The notes below the pieces were generated by a model that was given only the letters and a program-made list of their open reading frames with translations, did not search any database and was not told where the DNA came from. From Candidatus Spongiisociaceae bacterium (GTDB lineage Bacteria; Actinomycetota; Acidimicrobiia; Spongiisociales; Spongiisociaceae), in NCBI GenBank assembly GCA_965219685.1, contig CBDCOH010000002.1:1856001-1920000 (forward strand): DNA of 64,000 nt, read 5' to 3'. Both the position numbers and the translations under genes were made by a program. The stretch's first letter is position 1. Each line of letters opens with the position of its first letter. Of this stretch, positions 1 to 8,945 are shown piece by piece.

Positions 1-61
1 CCAGTCCGGCGATCGGGGGACGCGGGTGCATGCGTACGGACCGCGCGAGCAGGAACCACTG

Positions 62-895
62 ATGATCGTCGACATGCACGCCAACCTCCTACCGGACGAC
101 CCGGAGGCCATCGAGCAGATGCGTCGCATCGGAAACGTGGTGGCCGACCCGGCCTTGTGCACCCTGTCGGGAACGCTCGACCGCCTCGACAGCCACGGTA
201 TAGACCGGGCGGTGGTGTGGCGCATAGGCAGATCGGCCGCCGAGTGCCGGCGCAACAACGACTTCGTGGCGGAGGCCGCGGCGCGGCATCCCGATCGCCT
301 CATCCCCTTCGCGACCGTGTGGCCGCACGACCCGGACGGGGCGATCCGCGAGGCCGAGCGGGCGGTCGGGGAACTGGGGATGAGAGGCATCAAGCTGCAC
401 CCCGTCCTGATGGAGGAGGTGATAGGAGGGCCTGGCTTTCTGGCCGTCGTCGAATGCGCCCGCCGACTGGACGTCCCGTTCGTGACCCACGTCAACCTGA
501 CGGTCCTGGGTCAGTTGACCCCCGGAGGTCCGTATACGGCGGCGGATCGACCGCGCCCCGAGGACCGCTCCCCGTTGGCCGAGCCGGAAGGCCTGTTCCC
601 GGTTGTCGACGTGTGGGATTCCCCGCGAGTGCAGGCGGCCCATATGGGAGGACTGTGGCTCCCCGACGTGCGCTCCTCGACGATCACGTTCCAGACGACC
701 GGCGCATCCCGCCACGTGCTCCAGTGGGCCGTGGACAACGTAGGCGCCGAGAGGATCGTCTTCGGGGCCGACTATCCGTTCTACTTCGTCGACGACGAGC
801 TGACCAAGGTGACGGCACTGGAGGCGTCGGCTGCCGAGAAGCACGCCATCCTGTCCGGCAACGCACTCACTCGGGTTCTGTCCGACCCTTCGTAG
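62..895 (+). CDS. Amidohydrolase_2 family protein (LigW/decarboxylase-like TIM barrel)
   Basis: ORF 26..895 with likely start MIVDMH at 62; motifs GMRGIKLHP, AHMGG, ERIVFGADYP, ILSGNA. Confidence 0.8.
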   Translation: MIVDMHANLLPDDPEAIEQMRRIGNVVADPALCTLSGTLDRLDSHGIDRAVVWRIGRSAAECRRNNDFVAEAAARHPDRLIPFATVWPHDPDGAIREAERAVGELGMRGIKLHPVLMEEVIGGPGFLAVVECARRLDVPFVTHVNLTVLGQLTPGGPYTAADRPRPEDRSPLAEPEGLFPVVDVWDSPRVQAAHMGGLWLPDVRSSTITFQTTGASRHVLQWAVDNVGAERIVFGADYPFYFVDDELTKVTALEASAAEKHAILSGNALTRVLSDPS

Positions 896-980
896 CCTCG
901 CATCGGCGGCTGTCGTACCCACCTCCGATGCTGAGGATCGTGACTGCCGCGGCACCCAGGAGCACCGATCCGCCGTTTTT

Positions 981-2414
981 TCAACCGTGCGAGTGGAGGT
1001 GGCTGCGTCCGGAGGGTGAGAGCCCGACGGTTTTCAGCCAGAGAGCCTTCACCTCCTCTTCGAGCCCGGCGGCACGCACGGTCTCGAGCGAGACCTCGGT
1101 CGCCTCGGCCAAGAGCTCCGGGACGTCCACCCCTTCGAGGCGTCCGTCGCGCAGCAGGAGATCACCGTTGACCACTACGTGGCGGACCGTGTGCCGGTCG
1201 GCCGCGAAGACCAGCGAGTCGACCGGGTTGGAAACCGGCCAGGAGCCCAGGGTCGCCAGATCGAACACGGCGAGGTCGGCGGCGGCGCCCGGTCTCAGGA
1301 CTCCGGAGTCGATTCCCAGAGCCAGCGCCCCGTCCCGGGTGGCCATCCGCAGCACCCGCTCCGGCGCCATGGCCTTGGGGTCACCGCTCACAGCCTTGTG
1401 GAGAAGCGCTGCGTACCGTAGCTCGCTGAGCATGTCGTAACGGTCGTTCACCATCCCGCCGTCCGTACCGAGGCCGACCCGGATGTCGCGAGCGAGCATC
1501 GCCGGAACGGGAGCAACTCCGGCGCCCGTTCGGGAGTTGGAACTGGGACAGTGCGAGACCGACGCACCCGTCCGCTGCAGAACCTCGAGATCGGACTCTG
1601 CGAGGTGGACTCCATGGGAGAGTACCGTCGAGGGACCGAGCAGCCCGATCGAATCGGCGTAGTCGAGCGGGCCCATACCGGTGCCCGCCCGGACCGCTTC
1701 AACGTCGGCCGTCTGCTCCGCGCAATGGAAGGTAAGCGGAACACGGTGTTGCGCTATCGCCGCGGATAGGGCCTGTCCGAGGCGGCGGTCCGCTCCGCTC
1801 AGGACGCGCAGCCCGAGCCAGAGGGCGATCCGCTCGCGGTTCTCCCGGCGCCATCGCCTGACGAACTCGCCGAACTCGGGACCGGTCACGTCGAGCGAGT
1901 CCGAGCCGGCATGGGAATGATGGCTGTGCCCGTGGGAATGGGCGGAGGCGCCGTACCCGGCTCCGGAGGCGACCGCCACCGCGAGCCCGGCCTTGATGCC
2001 GGTCTCCGCGGTCGCTGCCGCCACCTGATCGGCCAGGTGGGCGGGAACCTCCGGATCCAGCACGGCCGTGGTGCCGGACATCAGCATCTCCGCACACGCC
2101 AGCCGGACACCCACTCGGATCGAGTCCCCGTCGAGTTGGGCCATGAGCGGATGCTTGCGGTTGGCGATCCAGGCGATCGTGTCCTGCTCGCCGCCGCATC
2201 CCCTCCAGAGAACTTCGGCCATGTGCGCGTGGGTGTTGACGAATCCCGGCATCACGATCGAACCCCGGCAGTCGATCGACTCTCCGTGCCGGACGTGTCC
2301 CTCGACGATCCCGGCTACACGTCCCTCCTCGATCACGACGGTGGCCCCGGGACGGGCGGGCCGGGCGGGGTCCATCGTCAGCACCAGGCCGCCGGACAGG
2401 CTGCCGACCGTCAT
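981..2414 (-). CDS. Metal-dependent amidohydrolase (MTA/SAH deaminase / chlorohydrolase-like)
   Basis: PGFVNTHAH, FHCAE, SHGVH, SHCPSSN, GLGTDG motifs; His-rich insertion. Confidence 0.85.
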   Translation of the reverse strand: MTVGSLSGGLVLTMDPARPARPGATVVIEEGRVAGIVEGHVRHGESIDCRGSIVMPGFVNTHAHMAEVLWRGCGGEQDTIAWIANRKHPLMAQLDGDSIRVGVRLACAEMLMSGTTAVLDPEVPAHLADQVAAATAETGIKAGLAVAVASGAGYGASAHSHGHSHHSHAGSDSLDVTGPEFGEFVRRWRRENRERIALWLGLRVLSGADRRLGQALSAAIAQHRVPLTFHCAEQTADVEAVRAGTGMGPLDYADSIGLLGPSTVLSHGVHLAESDLEVLQRTGASVSHCPSSNSRTGAGVAPVPAMLARDIRVGLGTDGGMVNDRYDMLSELRYAALLHKAVSGDPKAMAPERVLRMATRDGALALGIDSGVLRPGAAADLAVFDLATLGSWPVSNPVDSLVFAADRHTVRHVVVNGDLLLRDGRLEGVDVPELLAEATEVSLETVRAAGLEEEVKALWLKTVGLSPSGRSHLHSHG

Positions 2415-2447
2415 GCAGCGGCTGGTCCCTCTCGACCGATGCGGTCG

Positions 2448-2709
2448 GCTAGATGATTAGTTCCTAGTCGGTAGTTGGTAGTCTGTAGTTGGTGAGCGGT
2501 GGTTAGCGTTAGATCGTGGCAAGTGTCGGCCTCGTTAGCACGGTTCCGGAGTCGCTGGCGGGCCGAGGGGCGACTCTCACGGAGTAGATGCGAGGGGATC
2601 CGGCCCAAAGGCAGATGCATATGAGCTACTGCTGTGTTGTACAGCGTTGTGTACTGATGGTATAGTTTCGGTCGCTTCCAGTCAGATCCCTTGGAACTAC
2701 TCATCTAGC
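2448..2709. repeat. ~260-bp non-coding element with 17-bp terminal inverted repeats (MITE-like or regulatory), copy E1
   Basis: GCTAGATGATTAGTTCC (2448-2464) vs reverse complement of 2693-2709 GCTAGATGAGTAGTTCC (16/17 match); collinear with 19361-19714. Confidence 0.6.
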
Positions 2710-4973
2710 GCCGCCAGCACCCGCTCCGGCGTCAGGGGTAGCGTGGTGACGCTGAGTCCCACCGCGTCGAGCAGCGCGTTGGCGACGGCCGGGGCGGGGA
2801 GCATGATGCTCGGCTCCCCTATTCCCTTGGCGCCGAAAGGCCCGGTCGGGTCCGGGCACTCCACGACCTGTACCTCGATGGAGGGACCGTCGCCCGCGTA
2901 TGCAACCGCGTAGTCCATGAGGGTCCCGTTCATCAGGACCCCACCATCGTCGACGATGAGCTCTTCCGTGAGAGCGAACCCCAGACCCTGGTGGGTGGCG
3001 CCCTCGATCTGCCCTTCCACGATGGTCGGGTTGATCGCCTTCCCCACGTCCTGGACTGCCAGCATACGGTTTACGGTCACCTCACCCGTCTCGACGTCGA
3101 GGTCCACTTCGGCGCAGTGGACCGCGTAGGTCGGGGCGTTCTCGAACTCCGTGTAGGCGGTCTCGACGATGTCGACCCCCCTCATGAGGGCCGCACGGGC
3201 GACCTCCGCCACCGTGATGCTGTAGCCGGGCGCGCCGATCGCGAACACCCGGCCCGAGTCCGCGGTCAGATCGGCGGCATCCACCTCCAAGAGTTCCGAT
3301 GCGATCCCCGCCAGCCGATCGCGTGCCTTGGTGGCCGCTGCCACGACCGCTTGCCCGCACCTGTAGAGGGACCGGCTGGCGTGTGCACCCGTGTCGAAGG
3401 GCGTGGCGCCGCTGTCGGCCGACGTGGTCCGCACGCTCTCGACATCGACTCCGAGTGCGTCGGCGCAGATCTGGGCAAGCGTGGTCCTGATCCCGGTCCC
3501 CATCTCGATGGCGGCGACGCCCAGGTCGACGGTGCCGTCGAGGTTGACCGACACGGTGGCTCCGCTCAGGTCTATCGACCCGGGCTTGCCGGCGATTCCG
3601 CTCTTCCAGGCTGTCATCGCCATCCCGCGGCCCCGGCGCAGGTGGGGTTCGGGCGGTGGATCAGCGGGCTCGTCCCACCCGAAGGCCTCAACGGCGACCC
3701 GGAGGGTCTCGTCGAATCCCGTCAGGTCGAGCGGCCGGTTTCGGGGACCCCACGGTACCCCGTCCCGCATCCGATGCCGGCGCCTGAACGAGATCGGATC
3801 GGAAGCTGTCGCCCGTGCCGCGAGGTCCATCATGTGCTCCAGAGCGAAGACCGACTGCGGACCGCCGTAACCGCGGAACGCCCCGGCGACCGGGGTGTTG
3901 GTGAACACGCCGACCACCTCGATGTCGGCGTTGGCGATGTCGTAGGTCTGCAGGAACTGGTTGGCGATCACTCTGAGAACCCGGGGGCTGTGGCTCCGGT
4001 AGGCGCCGCAGTCGACCCGGCATCGGGCTCTGAGACCGGCGATCCTCCCGTCGGGTGATAGGGCGACCGAGACGTCCGCGACCATCGCATGGCGGGATTC
4101 CGTACCGACGAAGTCCTCGGTCCGGTCGAACACCAGCCTGACCGGTCGCCCCGTGAGCAGGGACAGGGCCACGGCGTATGGTTCCGCGGTCAGGGCGTCA
4201 TTCTTGCCGAACGCGCCGCCGATCTCCGGGTTCACGACGCGAAGCCGGGTCTCGGGAATCCCGAACAGGTGCGCGAGGGTGCTGCGTGCCCGGTGCGGCG
4301 CCTGGTGGGGACTCCACACCTCGATCCGGCCGTCGGCCTGCGGGATCACGAGGCATCCGGTGGGCTCCAACTGGCACTGCTTCTGCCTCGGTGTCGTGAA
4401 TCGGCGCTCGACGACCCGATCCGCCCCGGAGAAGGCAACACCCGGATCACCGCTCACGACCCGGACGGTGTCGGCGATATTCGAGGACGTCGAGTCGTGA
4501 ATCACCACCGCATCCGGCGCCATGGCCGCCCCGAGTGCCACGGCGGGGTCGAGGGGCTGGTACCGGACGTCGATCAGACCCGCGGCGGCCTGAGCCTCCT
4601 TGCGGGAGCGTGCCGCGACCGCCGCGACCGGCTCGCCGATGTAGCGGACCCGGCGGTCGAACAGCCGGAAGTCACCGGGTTGGAGTTCGAAGGCCGGATC
4701 CCGCTCGAAGTCATGGCAGGCCGGGTCGAAGGACCGGGTCCCGGGGGCAACCTGACCGATGTTCGAGAGGGAGACAACCCCCTCGACCCCGGACGCCGAG
4801 CGGGCCGATGCCTCATCGACCGTTACCAGCGCGTGGTTGGAGAAGCTCCGCGCCAGCGCGGCGTGCAGCATGCCCGGCACGCTGATGTCCTCCACGTACG
4901 TGGCTGTGCCGAGCGCCTTCGACGTGGCGTCGACTCTCTCGACACGCCGCCCGACCGCTCGCGTCGCGATCAT
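2697..4973 (-). CDS. Xanthine dehydrogenase family molybdopterin-binding (large) subunit
   Basis: Start MIATRAVG at 4973 (ATGA overlap with small-subunit stop); IGGAFGK, GAFRGYGGPQ, NPTIVEGQIEG, GAKGIGEP. Confidence 0.9.
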   Translation of the reverse strand: MIATRAVGRRVERVDATSKALGTATYVEDISVPGMLHAALARSFSNHALVTVDEASARSASGVEGVVSLSNIGQVAPGTRSFDPACHDFERDPAFELQPGDFRLFDRRVRYIGEPVAAVAARSRKEAQAAAGLIDVRYQPLDPAVALGAAMAPDAVVIHDSTSSNIADTVRVVSGDPGVAFSGADRVVERRFTTPRQKQCQLEPTGCLVIPQADGRIEVWSPHQAPHRARSTLAHLFGIPETRLRVVNPEIGGAFGKNDALTAEPYAVALSLLTGRPVRLVFDRTEDFVGTESRHAMVADVSVALSPDGRIAGLRARCRVDCGAYRSHSPRVLRVIANQFLQTYDIANADIEVVGVFTNTPVAGAFRGYGGPQSVFALEHMMDLAARATASDPISFRRRHRMRDGVPWGPRNRPLDLTGFDETLRVAVEAFGWDEPADPPPEPHLRRGRGMAMTAWKSGIAGKPGSIDLSGATVSVNLDGTVDLGVAAIEMGTGIRTTLAQICADALGVDVESVRTTSADSGATPFDTGAHASRSLYRCGQAVVAAATKARDRLAGIASELLEVDAADLTADSGRVFAIGAPGYSITVAEVARAALMRGVDIVETAYTEFENAPTYAVHCAEVDLDVETGEVTVNRMLAVQDVGKAINPTIVEGQIEGATHQGLGFALTEELIVDDGGVLMNGTLMDYAVAYAGDGPSIEVQVVECPDPTGPFGAKGIGEPSIMLPAPAVANALLDAVGLSVTTLPLTPERVLAALDE

Positions 4974-5452
4974 GGCCCGCCTCGCGTCAGCACCCCGGCA
5001 ACGGCGTCGACGATCTTCTCGTACCCGGTACAGCGGCACAGCGTCCCCGAGAGGCCGGATGCCAACTCGCGCCGGGTGATGGGGCCGCGACGCTCGGCGA
5101 CGAGCGCGGCGGCGGCGACCAGGAAGCCTGGGGTACAGAATCCGCACTGGATGGCGCCCTTGGAGATGAACTCCTCCTGCAGGGCGTCCAGGTCAGACGG
5201 GGAGCCGAGACCGTGGACGGTGGTGACCTCGCGGCCTTCCGCCTGCAGGGCGAGCATGAGGCAGGACCGGGCCAGTTCGCCGTCGATCAGGACGTTGCAC
5301 GATCCGCAGACGCCCTCACGGCATCCGATCTTCACGCCGTGCTTGCCCAACCGGTCCCTCAGGGTGTCGACGAGCACCTCGAACGGTTCCGCAACGAGGT
5401 CGTACGTCATATCGTCGACTCTCAGCGATAGGGACAGTGGCGGTTCACCCAC
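4970..5452 (-). CDS. (2Fe-2S)-binding small subunit of Mo-hydroxylase (CoxS/XdhC-like)
   Basis: GCREGVCGSC...SC and QCGFCTPG...LCRCTGY motifs. Confidence 0.92.
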   Translation of the reverse strand: MGEPPLSLSLRVDDMTYDLVAEPFEVLVDTLRDRLGKHGVKIGCREGVCGSCNVLIDGELARSCLMLALQAEGREVTTVHGLGSPSDLDALQEEFISKGAIQCGFCTPGFLVAAAALVAERRGPITRRELASGLSGTLCRCTGYEKIVDAVAGVLTRGGP

Positions 5453-5593
5453 GTGTTCGACTCCGCGACGGCTCGGGACCGAGCTTTACAATAGCCATTG
5501 GCGGCTGCCGGGAGCCGGGAGGTTCCACCCGTTACGAGGGACGGCCCGTATCTGCGGCAGCCTCAGCGCATCGGAGATCAGGAGGGTCGCGGG

Positions 5594-6376
5594 ATGGACA
5601 CGGTACTCGACCTTTTCCGGCTGGACTCCAAGGTGGCGATGGTGACGGGTGGCAGCAAGGGCATCGGCCGCCACTATGCGGAGGCCCTTGCACAGGCAGG
5701 GGCCCGTGTGGTCGTAGCCGACATAGATCGAGCCGCGATCGACGAGACGACGGCTCGCCTTGAGGCATCTCACCCCTCGCAGGCAATGGGCATCTATGTC
5801 GACGTGACCGACCGTCAACTCATCGAAGAGGCCGTAGGCGAGATCGACCGGCGTTGGGGCGGGCTCGACATCCTCGTGAACAATGCCGGCCTCTACGCCG
5901 CGCTTCCTACCCGCGAATCGGCCTGGGGCATCCCGGACGACGAGTGGGACCGTATCCTCGCCGTCAACGTCCGCTCGATATACGTGATGACAGAAATGTG
6001 CCTGCCGTTGCTGAAGAGGGGAGGTTGGGGGCGGGTGATCAACATCTCCTCAGGTCTGGCCATCCGCGGTTCTCCGCGGCTCATCCACTACTCGGCCACG
6101 AAGGCGGCGGTCACCAACCTCACCCGTACGACCGCGCTGGCGGTCGCCGGGACCGGCATAACGGTGAACTCCATCGGGCCCGGGATGACCGCCAGCGACA
6201 CGGCCCTGGCCGCGAGGGGTGCCGACTACTACAGGAAGCCGGTAGCGCCCCAGGTCATCGACCGGGTGGGTCTTCCGGGTGATCTGGTCGGCACCCTCCT
6301 CTACCTTGCGTCACCGGCCAGCGACTTCGTGACCGGCCAGATGATCCTGGTCGACGGCGGAGGCATCTTCCACTGA
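5594..6376 (+). CDS. SDR family oxidoreductase
   Basis: TGGSKGIG, NNAG, YSATK; start MDTVL at 5594 after GGAGGG. Confidence 0.9.
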   Translation: MDTVLDLFRLDSKVAMVTGGSKGIGRHYAEALAQAGARVVVADIDRAAIDETTARLEASHPSQAMGIYVDVTDRQLIEEAVGEIDRRWGGLDILVNNAGLYAALPTRESAWGIPDDEWDRILAVNVRSIYVMTEMCLPLLKRGGWGRVINISSGLAIRGSPRLIHYSATKAAVTNLTRTTALAVAGTGITVNSIGPGMTASDTALAARGADYYRKPVAPQVIDRVGLPGDLVGTLLYLASPASDFVTGQMILVDGGGIFH

Positions 6377-6389
6377 GGACGCCCAGGGT

Positions 6390-7466
6390 TCACCACAGCA
6401 CCGGCGACTCCGACAGGAGACGGTCGGGATCCCCGTACTCGGCGGCTTTCGCCCGCACGGAGGGATGGTCGAGGGTTGACAGGCGACCGCGGTCGACCAG
6501 TGGCTTTCCGTCCACCGTGATGGTCGGCCGGTCGAACTGGCAGTCGCAGTGGGCGCGGCCGGGACCCGCCCGGTCCGCTGCGTCGAGCGAGTCGATCCCG
6601 AAATAGAACGCCCCGGCATGTTTCTCCCGTTCGAACTGGGGCGCCCCTTTCACGCGAACCTTGGGATTCAAACCGATGAACGCGTGCCTCAAGTAGTAGC
6701 CGGAGGGTGAGAACACCTCCAGGTCGCGGGCTTCGACCCCTCCCGAAATGTCCACCACGCGATTGCCTTCGAGGCGCAGCGCCAAGGGGTCCGTGGGAAC
6801 GCCGGTCACGGTGCACTCTTCGATGACCACGGTGCCATAAGTATCGTCCGGGTACCAGTTCACACCCCCGTAAGGGAACGGAGACCATGACCCGGGCTCC
6901 TGCAACGGGCCGTTGTCGGTATCGAACCGCATGTGACCGAACCGGATGTCGGTGCCGAACGAGGTGGTGACCCGGATCTCGGACGACCCGACGACGTGGT
7001 CCAGTACCCGGCTCTTGATCTCGTAGAACACCTCGGGGGGAAACCGCGCTCCGGTGGTGAAGGCCCCCAGCGTCGCGGTCTGATGTAGCGCGGCGAGACG
7101 CGCCCCGAGGCGGCCGAGTTCAGTGAAGAACAGAGGCCCCGTGTGGACTTCCGCCCACCATGCGCAGGAAATGACGACATCCGCCGCCTCCCAGGCAGCG
7201 ACGACCACGGGACTGGGATCGGTCGCTCCCATGCCGCCCGGCCTCCACGGGTCCACATAGAGAGTGGACACGTTTCCTCCGAGGAGCGCAGCCACCGAAC
7301 CGATCGCTCCCACAACCGCCGGATGGACCGAATGCTCGGCTAGCACCAGGACATGCTCGCCGACGCTCAGCGACACGTAGTCCATCAGGTTCTTGACACC
7401 CGGCATCAGCATCGGCGTCGTGCCGGGACCCGGAGGGTTCATGTCGGCGTATGCTCGGGGTTCCAC
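6390..7466 (-). CDS. NicX/peptidase M29-fold protein, putative 2,5-dihydroxypyridine dioxygenase-like ring-cleavage enzyme
   Basis: C-terminal RHAFIGLNPK...AHCDCQ...ITVDG resembles the NicX His...HxD iron site; GTDIRF motif. Confidence 0.55.
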   Translation of the reverse strand: MEPRAYADMNPPGPGTTPMLMPGVKNLMDYVSLSVGEHVLVLAEHSVHPAVVGAIGSVAALLGGNVSTLYVDPWRPGGMGATDPSPVVVAAWEAADVVISCAWWAEVHTGPLFFTELGRLGARLAALHQTATLGAFTTGARFPPEVFYEIKSRVLDHVVGSSEIRVTTSFGTDIRFGHMRFDTDNGPLQEPGSWSPFPYGGVNWYPDDTYGTVVIEECTVTGVPTDPLALRLEGNRVVDISGGVEARDLEVFSPSGYYLRHAFIGLNPKVRVKGAPQFEREKHAGAFYFGIDSLDAADRAGPGRAHCDCQFDRPTITVDGKPLVDRGRLSTLDHPSVRAKAAEYGDPDRLLSESPVLW

Positions 7467-7867
7467 CGCCCACCTCCCTCCCTGACCGCCGGCCGGGACC
7501 CGTCACTCCCGGCCGGACAAGGCCGCAACTCCACCGGCCCCCGGGGTAATGGAACGGTGACACGGTCGGGGTCCGGTTCATGGGGAGCGTAGTACGGGCC
7601 GGCTCGCCGCCGCTCACCTCATCAGAGACCGGGGCGGGTCCGTCCGGTCATCACGGATGGATACCCGAGGCCGGATGCTGTCGCGTAAGATCTCGATCCG
7701 CCGGAGCCTCCCCCGACTGGTCGAAAGAAGTACCGACGACCGGATGCGGTGCGGTTCCGGCTACGGCTAACTTAGACAGCAAGGGCGGGAGCCGAACCCC
7801 GAGCGCCCGCGACTTGCGTCGACACGGAGGCGGGCTCACCCACCAGAATCTACTGGAGGTCATCAGT

Positions 7868-8902
7868 ATGCCAATCATGAAGGCCGCACAGGTTCATGAA
7901 GACCTGAGCTTGAATGTGAACGAAGTGGATAGACCTTCCCCCGGACCTGGGGAAGCGCTGGTCCGGTTACATTCGTCCGGGGTGTGCGCCACCGATCTTC
8001 ACGTCCTCGAGGGGATGATCCAGCCCGACGAGTATCCGATGACGGTCGGCCATGAAGCGGCCGGAGTGGTGGTCGAGGTCGGCGACGGCGCGACCGTATC
8101 CGTCGGTGACCGGGTGGCTGTTTACAACAAGATCTTCTGCGGGACCTGCGAGCAGTGCCTGGTCGGACGCCAGAACATTTGCGACAACGAACCCGGGCAG
8201 TTCGGATTCAACCTGGATGGCGGGTATGCCGAGTACATCAACTCTCCCTCCCGCAATCTTGTCCCGCTACCGGACAACGTGGACTTCGACACCGCCTCGG
8301 TACTCGCCTGCGCGGGCATGACCGCTGTGCATGCGGCCCGGCTCTCGCACATGAGCGTGGGCGAGACGGCAGTCGTGAACGGCGTCGGCGGAGTCGGATC
8401 CATGGTCCTCCAGGTGGCCGCTCTGGCCGGCGCCCGTGTCCTCGCCGTCGCCGATACCGAGGAGAAGCTGGAACTGGCGAAGTCATTCGGTGCTTCCGGG
8501 GGCGTCGTGGTGCCGGACGCCGATGGCTACGACGAACTCCCCGAGCGAATCCGGGGACTGACCGGGGGCAGGGGCACCGACCTGTTCTTCGAGTTGGTAG
8601 GCACCACGAAGACGATGCTGGCCGGTATCCGCTCACTGGCCAAGCACGGGCGTTTCGTGTCAACCGGATACACGGGCGAATCGCTGGAGGTCCACCCGAT
8701 CGAGTTCATCCTGCCGGAGACCGTCTGGGTATCCACGGTGGCCGCCACCGTGCGCGACCTGGCCGACGCCATCCGCCTGGCCGCCGACGGGCACATCTCG
8801 GTGCCGGTAGCCGCCACGTACCCGCTCGACGGCGCCGCAGAAGCACTGGAGAACCTGCGGCAGCGGCGGGTACTCGGGCGCCAGGTTCTCGCCCTGGCCT
8901 GA
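7868..8902 (+). CDS. Zn-dependent alcohol dehydrogenase (MDR)
   Basis: GVCATD, GHE, CGTCEQC...C, GVGGVG; start MPIMK after GGAGG. Confidence 0.9.
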   Translation: MPIMKAAQVHEDLSLNVNEVDRPSPGPGEALVRLHSSGVCATDLHVLEGMIQPDEYPMTVGHEAAGVVVEVGDGATVSVGDRVAVYNKIFCGTCEQCLVGRQNICDNEPGQFGFNLDGGYAEYINSPSRNLVPLPDNVDFDTASVLACAGMTAVHAARLSHMSVGETAVVNGVGGVGSMVLQVAALAGARVLAVADTEEKLELAKSFGASGGVVVPDADGYDELPERIRGLTGGRGTDLFFELVGTTKTMLAGIRSLAKHGRFVSTGYTGESLEVHPIEFILPETVWVSTVAATVRDLADAIRLAADGHISVPVAATYPLDGAAEALENLRQRRVLGRQVLALA

Positions 8903-8908
8903 CACACG

Positions 8909-8945
8909 GGGAGCTATAGGAAACATGGGAGCTATAGGAACATGA
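8909..8945 (+). promoter_or_regulatory. Tandemly duplicated RBS/start region creating a 6-codon uORF
   Basis: GGGAGCTATAGGAAACAT followed by GGGAGCTATAGGAACAT; ATG 8925 to TGA 8945 overlaps the ALDH ATG at 8942. Confidence 0.6.

Noticed and set aside
2411-2704. 97-aa ORF across element E1
   Set aside because: Atypical composition and no recognisable motif; no equivalent minus-strand ORF is listed in E2. It cannot be fully excluded.
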